Shown one piece after another: positions 56,952-64,000 of a stretch of DNA of 64,000 nucleotides; positions within the stretch are counted from its first letter, which is position 1; every line of letters begins with the position of its first letter. The notes below the pieces were generated by a model. The model was not told where the DNA came from. It did no database searches and saw only the letters and a list, made by a program, of their open reading frames with translations. The translations under genes were made by a program, and so were the position numbers. The stretch lies in assembly GCA_046735395.1 (NCBI GenBank), contig JBJKQR010000018.1, forward strand, positions 64,001 through 128,000, read 5' to 3'. The stretch is from Fidelibacterota bacterium (lineage in GTDB: Bacteria; Fidelibacterota; Fidelibacteria; Fidelibacterales; DSDE01).

Positions 56952-59918
56952 TTAATAATAAATCAATCGTAAAGGCTGTTTCCAGGGCCCGCCGTTATGT
57001 CCGGTGTCATTCACGAGGATCTGGATCAGATTCTCATTGTCACGGCGAATCAAACGGGGATCCACCGGGTAATTTCTGGCTTTGTCCCAGCCCTGAGAGG
57101 CACCGATCAGGTGTCCGTTAAAGAAACTGCGGTCCTCATCGTCCACAGCCCCCATCTGGAAGAGTATCATCCGGCTGCTTCTCAGATCCGGTAAAACCGT
57201 ATAGCACGACAGGATCACGATCCCGTCCAGTCCTTCATACCCCTGATTTTCCCAGGCATCGGGGAGCGTGATCTGGGGGAGGCTGGTAATATCTCCGTAA
57301 TCTCCGTTCACCATCTCCTCCTCATTTCCATGGGTGTCGATGTACCAGAGTCCGGACAGGTCAAGGACCCGGACTTTGCAGGCCTGAACCGAGCTGTAAT
57401 CGACACTGTCCCGGTCGTCAGTCAGCCGGAGGGCCAGCGTAAAGGGTCCGGGCGCAAGAGTGGGAGGAAGAGGAATGAGCAGATTCCGTTCCGACACGGC
57501 GGGCAGTGTGAAAGTAAGAGAATCTGCTGTAAGAAGTTCCTGGATAACCCGGGGCTGCGCGCTGCGGTTCGAAACAAAGAGTGCCAGCGTGTCGCTGCAA
57601 TAGGTTTCAGGCACATCCAGCTGCAGCGGGGAAAGCATCCTGATCTGAACCGGGAACTTTCGACGGGTGCTGTGATTTTTTCGGCTGAAGTACAGATTGA
57701 GGATGGCGGCTTCATTCCGATCTCGGTAATGAATGCTGTCGCCTGTGGATATGATGAATCTGTACTGCAGGGAGTCGATGGCGAGGGCCCATGAATCCGG
57801 CCCGTATGAAAGCGTCACGGAGTCGAGGGACGCAAGTGTGCTGTCATCACAGCGAAAGGGGATGATAAAGGATTTGCCATCGATGCATTCCGACGGATAG
57901 TCATCCATATCGAATACGGGCCAGTTCGCCGCGGCCGAATCCCTGCTTTCCAGAGCCAGAAGCTTCTGACGCTCGTTCAGGTGTATTCCTGTCCAGAGAC
58001 TGTCCACCGCAAGTCTGATCTCCATGCTGTCCTGCAGAACCCTGTCCGGAAACAGACTGTTTTTCAGATGTCTTTCTTCAGTCATTCTCAGCGTATCATT
58101 CTGACCGAGCATGCCGTATCTGGCCCCTTCAAGAAGAGCCATCACATATTCGGCGCCCGACCAGGTCAGCGGCGATGCTTTGCTGCTGACAGGCGGAAAT
58201 GTTTCGGAGGGCCAAACAATTCTCTCCGGACAAAGTCCGAATATGCTGCAATGCTTCGTCATCCAGTTCAACAGGGTGTGATAGCGTTCAGCTCGCCCGC
58301 TGAATGCATAGTATTCTGCCATGGCTGCCGTATTGAAGAAGAACAGATCGTCGCCATATCCCTTTGAGTCGAAATATTGAATTCCACCATTCTGTTTCCG
58401 ACAGAACTGCCAGTAATATTCAGTGCTCAGCCGCAGCTCGTCATGGTCGGGAAAACCGTAGATCCAGCCGAAAATGGTGCTGCTGTTCCAGGTGGGCGTG
58501 TCGCGCTGGTCTATATAGCTGTTCCGGGATTCATCAAAAAGCGTGGGCAGGCCCGAAGCGAGTTTTTGAGCGGTTGCGGCAAATTCAGCCGACTCCAGAT
58601 AACGTCCGGTATTCTGGGTTACATTTGCAGCCTGTTCGTACGCGGCCGTAAGGCTCATTGCCGTGGAGGGAAGATAGGCCGGCCATTCTATGATTCCGCC
58701 TTCGAAGGGCAGGTTGTTGCTGTGCAGCCGCGCTTCCGGAAACTGCAGAAGCGAGCGCATGAGATTCAGATCCCCGTGAACCTGCCCGGTGATTTGCCGG
58801 TAGCGATAAATCAGGGATGCAAAATATCCGTTGCTGTCCCACTCAGGTGTGTTGTACCGTGCGCCGCTTCCGCCATCGTTGGGATTTCCGAAAGCATCAT
58901 AGCGGGCATACCACTCCCCTTCCTGCTTCATCGGCCGCTGCACCCAGTAGTTCAGGATCTGATCCGTCTCCGCAAAGTGTCCGGTTTCCAGAAAGGCACG
59001 GGCCGTCATCAAGGCGTCCCGGGGATAAATCTGGGGCAGGGAATCCGTCATGAACTCTCCCGAAAGATCCGCGGGAACAGCTCCCTTCAGGTTCACGGCA
59101 CGGAGGCCGGCCAGATTGATGCGGTACAGGGACCGGAGCAGGGAATCTCCGAAATCGGGTTCGATGCCGCTTTTTATCCATTTTGTCCATCCCTGTGTGC
59201 CATAGGCGGCAGGATCCGGAAGAACTGACAGTTTTCGGAAGATATTCGCGGCTTTATTTGTGTTTTTGCTGATGGCAATGACATAGCGAAAGTCGCTCGT
59301 CTGGCCCGGCGCCAGCAGCATTTCCCGGGGAGAAGCGATTTCGTCCGTATTCATCGTATTGTGGTCATCCGAAAATCCGTAGCTGAAAATAAATTCATCC
59401 GCATAAAGATTGCTGTAGTTTTCATAATGATCACAGATGGTTTCTCTGTCGAACTGAAAATGTGGCTGGATGGAAACGTGAATACGGTTACGGCTTTGGT
59501 TGGTCACGCTTCCGTAAATCAGGATGGCATTTTCGAAGGCCGGAACAAAAGCATGATATTGATAAACTATTGAACTGTTAATTCCTTTATAGGTTGCTGC
59601 AAACCAGGGAAAAGAGGAGAGTGTCTCCTGGAGGCTGTCCCGCGTGGAGGAAATGTCCAGACGAAAATCTCTCATGATAACGCGGGAATAGTCGCCGATA
59701 TAGAGATTATGAAAGGACCAGCCCCGATTGTCCTGTTCAGATCCGTTGCCGAAGAGAAGAACCATATTCCCGTTACCCAGAACCTTTGATCCCTGCGATG
59801 TTCCGTAAACGGGAAGTTTGGTTTCGGGCTTGGATTCGGAATGGCTGCAGCCCGTCAGAATGATGAACGTGAAGCCGAGGAGCATGAACAGATGTTTTCG
59901 CATTTTGTACTCCATCAT
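56952..59918 (-). CDS. Lipoprotein glycoside hydrolase, GH15-like (alpha/alpha)6 with C-terminal sugar-binding jelly-roll
   Basis: Lipobox LTGC; YPRDA, EWD, PE...PLTWS.AE; C-terminal GAVDD.D..FFNG..IG. Confidence 0.65.
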   Translation of the reverse strand: MMEYKMRKHLFMLLGFTFIILTGCSHSESKPETKLPVYGTSQGSKVLGNGNMVLLFGNGSEQDNRGWSFHNLYIGDYSRVIMRDFRLDISSTRDSLQETLSSFPWFAATYKGINSSIVYQYHAFVPAFENAILIYGSVTNQSRNRIHVSIQPHFQFDRETICDHYENYSNLYADEFIFSYGFSDDHNTMNTDEIASPREMLLAPGQTSDFRYVIAISKNTNKAANIFRKLSVLPDPAAYGTQGWTKWIKSGIEPDFGDSLLRSLYRINLAGLRAVNLKGAVPADLSGEFMTDSLPQIYPRDALMTARAFLETGHFAETDQILNYWVQRPMKQEGEWYARYDAFGNPNDGGSGARYNTPEWDSNGYFASLIYRYRQITGQVHGDLNLMRSLLQFPEARLHSNNLPFEGGIIEWPAYLPSTAMSLTAAYEQAANVTQNTGRYLESAEFAATAQKLASGLPTLFDESRNSYIDQRDTPTWNSSTIFGWIYGFPDHDELRLSTEYYWQFCRKQNGGIQYFDSKGYGDDLFFFNTAAMAEYYAFSGRAERYHTLLNWMTKHCSIFGLCPERIVWPSETFPPVSSKASPLTWSGAEYVMALLEGARYGMLGQNDTLRMTEERHLKNSLFPDRVLQDSMEIRLAVDSLWTGIHLNERQKLLALESRDSAAANWPVFDMDDYPSECIDGKSFIIPFRCDDSTLASLDSVTLSYGPDSWALAIDSLQYRFIISTGDSIHYRDRNEAAILNLYFSRKNHSTRRKFPVQIRMLSPLQLDVPETYCSDTLALFVSNRSAQPRVIQELLTADSLTFTLPAVSERNLLIPLPPTLAPGPFTLALRLTDDRDSVDYSSVQACKVRVLDLSGLWYIDTHGNEEEMVNGDYGDITSLPQITLPDAWENQGYEGLDGIVILSCYTVLPDLRSSRMILFQMGAVDDEDRSFFNGHLIGASQGWDKARNYPVDPRLIRRDNENLIQILVNDTGHNGGPWKQPLRLIYY

Positions 59919-60445
59919 TTTTTATAGGAGTTGTCACCAAATTTAATAACCTGCAGACGCACCTGTGTTGTTCCGAGGGTATCGAAACCCAGCTCTTTCG
60001 CCGCAGCATAGCTTAAATCGATAAGGCGCCCTTCCACATAGGGGCCACGATCATTGATACGAACTTTGGTGCTTCGGTTGTTGGCCAGGTTGGTAACCTT
60101 GACGATGGTTCCCAGCGGAAGTGTTTTGTGGGCCGCAGTTTTTGCGTGCTTGTCAAAGATTTCGCCGTTGGCGGTGAGTTTTCCGACGAAATCATCGCCA
60201 TACCAGGATGCGATGCCCACCCATGTTCTCTGATAACTTAATTTCGGATTATGGGTTACCGGGATAAATTTGGTTTTTGATTCGCTGCGGAGCGCGGGAA
60301 GATGCGTCGTGGTATTTGTTGTATAACGTGGTGCGGAACTGCAGGCGGTCATGGCCATCACCATACAGGCTGAGACAAAGGATGAAAGACGGAATTTATT
60401 CATGGGACTGATTTTCCTCAGGGGTTTCCTGCGGCAGTGCGGCAC
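59915..60445 (-). CDS. rlpA: Septal ring lytic transglycosylase RlpA family lipoprotein
   Basis: GIASWYG, TANGE, TAAHKTLP, RINDRGP and IDLS motifs. True start probably near MNKFR. Confidence 0.92.
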   Translation of the reverse strand: MPHCRRKPLRKISPMNKFRLSSFVSACMVMAMTACSSAPRYTTNTTTHLPALRSESKTKFIPVTHNPKLSYQRTWVGIASWYGDDFVGKLTANGEIFDKHAKTAAHKTLPLGTIVKVTNLANNRSTKVRINDRGPYVEGRLIDLSYAAAKELGFDTLGTTQVRLQVIKFGDNSYKK

Positions 60446-62219
60446 TGCTGTCGCTCAGCATGCTTTCATTTATAATGCCTGTAAGTTTGATAATGCGTGA
60501 TTTACTGTCCTCGGCATAGGACGTTTGCGGGAAACTGTCGGCCACTACCTGGTAATAATATAGCGCGCTGTCGAGGTCATTCAGACCGCTGTCATAGATC
60601 CAGGCCAGATAATGCCAGCTCTGGGCCAGACTCAGAGTATCCCGAAGCTGGGGAATCAGCGCCATGAACTGTCGGATCAGTGTGTGGGATTCTGTGGAAT
60701 CAGCGGTGGATTCGATATGATATACTTTTTTCTGATCCTCTTCGCGAATAGCTTGGGGTGAAAATTCCTTTCCTGAGGCGTATGCAGTATATGGAGAATC
60801 CGGATATCGTGAAATGAGTTCGTTGATCAGGCTGTCTGCCCGGAGTGTGTCACCCAGCTCCGTTCTGTTCAGGAAAGCCCTGGCATAAAGGAGCCATGGC
60901 AGTTTTCGGGAAAAGGGAAAATCGCGTTCAATATTTCTGTAAATTTTTAGGCTTGAATCATGGAGGGAAAAGGTAAAGGAAAGTATTTCTGCCTGATTTG
61001 CCAGCTCGGTCACGTATTTTTCCGCATCCACTTTATACGATTCGAGTTGAAGCGCTGCAGCACTGTCAATTGCGGCACTGTCCAGCAGACTTTCATAATA
61101 AGAAAGAGGGCTATCTTTAAGCTGATGGGTTTTTCTCTCAAGCTGGATCAGATGTGACCGCTGACCGGAAAATTGCATAATGGTCTTGAGCCGGTTCTTG
61201 CTTTCTCCCGCCTCGAAGGAATTCTTGTCATTGCGGATACAGGAATTGTAGTATTCCTGAGCTTTCAGCAGGTCCCCGCGCAGATAGAGTTCCATTTCGC
61301 CGATTCGAAAGCCGGCGACAGACGCCTGAAGGGTATTGGGGTACTCCTCAATAATGCTTTTATTTCGCTCTATTGCCCGGTCAATGTCTCCCAGATTGCG
61401 GTAAATTTCCGCGAGTTCGAGGTTCAGGTCCGGATACAGTGTCTGGTATTTTTCATCCACGAGCATTTCTTTTATGATGTTTTCGGAGGCAGCGTAGTTT
61501 TTTTCCAGCCGGTACACTTTTGCATAGAGCAGCTGGGCTTTGGCCCGTAATTCCCGGTTTACGCTGAGTTCCCGGACCTGATCCAGCTCCTGTAAGGCCT
61601 GGTCCATTCGATCGGTATTGATGAGATGATTGGCATATTCGTAATATAGTTCAGCTTTGCGCTCCTTATCTTTAATGATCGTCACCGCTTTCTGGTAGGC
61701 CGTATCTGCCAGGGCCATATTCCCTTCTTCGACAGCGAGTTGAGCGTAGAGAATCATGGCATCCCCGATGTAATCGGTATTGCGCGGATCTTCGGTAAAG
61801 GTCTCCAGGAGTGAAAATGCCAGTTTCTTTTCATTATTCATATAATTGCAACGTGCGATCCAGAGCATGGCTTCCTGATAATAGGGAGACTGGGGAAATT
61901 CAATAGTCAGGCGCCGGAACATTTTGCGGGCTACAATATATTTTTCCAGTCGGTAATTGGACACCGCGTAAATATACATGGAATTATCCACCCATTTGGA
62001 GTCGGGGAAATTTTCGATCACTTTCTGTGACTTGGCAATGGCGGATTCATAATCCTGGGTCAGCTGACGGGGAAATTTCCTGTTTTCATCCAGCTTCCGG
62101 TAGGTGTCTTCCGCACCTTTGAATTTTTCCTGGGCATTGTAAAAAGTATTAAAATACGCGCAGCCCGCCGAGAAGAGGTACAAGGACAGCGCTGCTGAAA
62201 GGAATAGTTTTTTTTGCAC
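60396..62219 (-). CDS. TPR lipoprotein (BamD/SprE-PorW-like)
   Basis: Lipobox SAGC followed by YFNTFYNA; repeated TPRs with xP.S motifs. Confidence 0.75.
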   Translation of the reverse strand: MQKKLFLSAALSLYLFSAGCAYFNTFYNAQEKFKGAEDTYRKLDENRKFPRQLTQDYESAIAKSQKVIENFPDSKWVDNSMYIYAVSNYRLEKYIVARKMFRRLTIEFPQSPYYQEAMLWIARCNYMNNEKKLAFSLLETFTEDPRNTDYIGDAMILYAQLAVEEGNMALADTAYQKAVTIIKDKERKAELYYEYANHLINTDRMDQALQELDQVRELSVNRELRAKAQLLYAKVYRLEKNYAASENIIKEMLVDEKYQTLYPDLNLELAEIYRNLGDIDRAIERNKSIIEEYPNTLQASVAGFRIGEMELYLRGDLLKAQEYYNSCIRNDKNSFEAGESKNRLKTIMQFSGQRSHLIQLERKTHQLKDSPLSYYESLLDSAAIDSAAALQLESYKVDAEKYVTELANQAEILSFTFSLHDSSLKIYRNIERDFPFSRKLPWLLYARAFLNRTELGDTLRADSLINELISRYPDSPYTAYASGKEFSPQAIREEDQKKVYHIESTADSTESHTLIRQFMALIPQLRDTLSLAQSWHYLAWIYDSGLNDLDSALYYYQVVADSFPQTSYAEDSKSRIIKLTGIINESMLSDSSAALPQETPEENQSHE

Positions 62220-62232
62220 TCGATATGATCCT

Positions 62233-62973
62233 TCAGTTTAATAATTCTCTGAATTTTTTAAGCAGAACCGGCATGATGTCACCGGCAGCTCCGGCAAAAT
62301 GTGCAGTGGCATAGGAGCTGAGTTCGGTCCTTTCCGGGTTGATTTCAATGAGAGCCGCACCGTGCTGCAGAGCCGCGAGAGGGAGGGCTGCCGCAGGATA
62401 CACCACCGAACTGGTTCCGATTGACAGGAACAGGTCAGAATGGACTGCGGCTTCCTGCGCCTTCTGAAGCGTTTCCGGATTCAGCATTTCACCGAACCAT
62501 ACGATATCCGGCCGGATGGCTGCACCGCAGGAACAAACCGGAGCTGTCTTTTCTTCAGGAGGGTATTGAATGTCGTAGCGTATCCCACAGTGACTGCAGA
62601 TATTTTTCTCAATATTTCCATGAAGCTCCAGTATCCTTCGGCTTCCCGCACGTTCATGCAGGCCGTCCACATTCTGTGTGATGAGGGTTAAACGTGGGAA
62701 CAGGCCCTCAAGTTCCGCGATGGCCAGATGCGCCGCATTGGGACGGGCTTTTCGAACTATTGTCCGGCGAAACTGATACCATTCCCATACCAGATCGGGA
62801 TTTCTGCGAAATGCCTCCGGATTGGCAAGTTCTTCGGGACGGTAGGTCTTCCAGAGTCCGTCTTCACCTCTGAAGGTGGGAATACCGCTTTCCCGGCTGA
62901 TGCCGGCACCCGTGAGAACGGTGATCTGCGCATTTTTCTGAATGCGGCCGGTGATGTCAGTTGGGATCAGCAT
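62233..62973 (-). CDS. cobB: NAD-dependent protein deacylase (class III sirtuin)
   Basis: GAGIS.ESGIPTFRG, TQNVDGLH, HG, two Cys pairs and GTS..VYPA. WYQFRR carries the Tyr/Arg desuccinylase pair. Confidence 0.94.
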   Translation of the reverse strand: MLIPTDITGRIQKNAQITVLTGAGISRESGIPTFRGEDGLWKTYRPEELANPEAFRRNPDLVWEWYQFRRTIVRKARPNAAHLAIAELEGLFPRLTLITQNVDGLHERAGSRRILELHGNIEKNICSHCGIRYDIQYPPEEKTAPVCSCGAAIRPDIVWFGEMLNPETLQKAQEAAVHSDLFLSIGTSSVVYPAAALPLAALQHGAALIEINPERTELSSYATAHFAGAAGDIMPVLLKKFRELLN

Positions 62974-64000
62974 AAGGCTTGCATTGACCGTTATTCATTG
63001 TATAGACGATTCGGCTTCCCTTTGCAAAGGGATTCCCGTCGAAGATGAGCATGGACGCAGCTGCGTTCACAGAAAGCGGCTCGGGAGAGGAGGGTCCTTC
63101 GTAAAACCGGTTTACATTCCGGCTCATGATGTCGAGAACGGGAAGGGTGGGATGGCTGCGGAGGATGGTCTGCCAGTTCCGGCAATCCCGAATGAGAATC
63201 CTGTCCGTGGGCAGCGTGCAGGACCCTGTACCCGCATAGTTGAAATAGGCCGGGAAATCAGGGAAGATGAAAAAACAGTCCGGGTTCAGGGTAATATCCG
63301 ACAGGAGGCTGTCGGAAAAGGGAAAGAAGAAGGCCATTTTATCAGCTGAAACCAGGCTGTCCCGAACAGTAAGATCCGTCCGGGCCCCCGGGCTGAAATA
63401 TCTGCAGATTTGGAGATGGGACCGGCTGGCACTCAACCAGGCATGTTTCAGGGAAGATCCGCTGAAAATATCAGTTGAATAGGGGATTGACGCGTCATCC
63501 TGAGCGAAAAAAATATATTGTTTCAGGGATTGGTAAAAGCGTTCGAAATCATGCCAGGCGGCATCGGGGACGTCGAAAAGGACAGGTCTCAGTGTTTTGT
63601 CATTTGATCCGGGAAGGTATTTTACAACCAGTGCGGGCGAGGATGAAAGGGGATTGTAGTGGAGATAGATGGACTGTGCCTCACAGCCCCGGGCTTTACG
63701 GATGCGGGTCAGTAGCGTGTCATCAATGAGACATTCGGTATTGACGGGCCCGCTCAGCAGACTGTCATCGGTGGTCTGGACGAACTGCAGGGGCAGGGAA
63801 AGGGCGGGAACAGCCCAGAAATTTGAAAAATCAATACTGAAGGGCAGATCGTCCTGCCCGGGTTTCTGAAGATCCAGAATCACGCCACCCTTGACTTGTA
63901 GATACAATGGCCCTTGAAAATGGTTGGATCCGGTATAGATATGGCCGATCAGGTAATGCTCGAATACCGGCGGCTCAGCTGCAGTCAGGGACAGGATTGA
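62957..64000 (-). CDS. Hypothetical protein, possibly a degenerate amidohydrolase fold; start lies beyond the right edge
   Basis: Frame is open to 64000 (SILSLTAAEPPVFEHYLIGHIYTG...). C-terminus AASMLIFDGNPF...IVYTMNNG resembles amidohydrolase C-termini. Confidence 0.5.
   Translation of the reverse strand, partial: SILSLTAAEPPVFEHYLIGHIYTGSNHFQGPLYLQVKGGVILDLQKPGQDDLPFSIDFSNFWAVPALSLPLQFVQTTDDSLLSGPVNTECLIDDTLLTRIRKARGCEAQSIYLHYNPLSSSPALVVKYLPGSNDKTLRPVLFDVPDAAWHDFERFYQSLKQYIFFAQDDASIPYSTDIFSGSSLKHAWLSASRSHLQICRYFSPGARTDLTVRDSLVSADKMAFFFPFSDSLLSDITLNPDCFFIFPDFPAYFNYAGTGSCTLPTDRILIRDCRNWQTILRSHPTLPVLDIMSRNVNRFYEGPSSPEPLSVNAAASMLIFDGNPFAKGSRIVYTMNNGQCKPYADPN

Overview
A gene-dense bacterial window of moderately high GC. 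Gene content suggests an FCB-superphylum organism outside core Bacteroidetes (Marinimicrobia/KSB1/Calditrichota-like); this is inference only. Housekeeping genes include menE (partial), menB, ppiC, pgi, accC plus a biotin carrier, sufBCD, uvrA, lspA, rho, lpxB, lpxK, rnr, rlpA and cobB. Five accessory features stand out. (1) A LacI-controlled sugar locus: SIS/MFS/ROK divergent from a TonB receptor, a T9SS-cargo-like protein, a PorV-like barrel and a GH9, with no SusD. (2) A sigma54-type operon encoding a Tat-exported 4x[4Fe-4S] protein and an NrfD/HybB-type membrane protein, flanked by two membrane-anchored GcvH-fold proteins that lack the canonical lipoyl-lysine. It has no catalytic subunit and is followed by a heme-motif sensor kinase, an NtrC-type regulator and an archaemetzincin. 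(3) An orphan Cas6b-like gene between rho and lspA, with no array or other cas genes in the window and an apparently eroded His active site. (4) A GnnA-like/LmtA-like/lpxB/lpxK cluster suggesting modified lipid A. (5) A roughly 600 bp mosaic of REP-like palindromes and heptamer repeats downstream of sufD. No rRNA, tRNA, CRISPR array, integrase or transposase was recognised. All family calls come from motif recognition by eye, not database searches.
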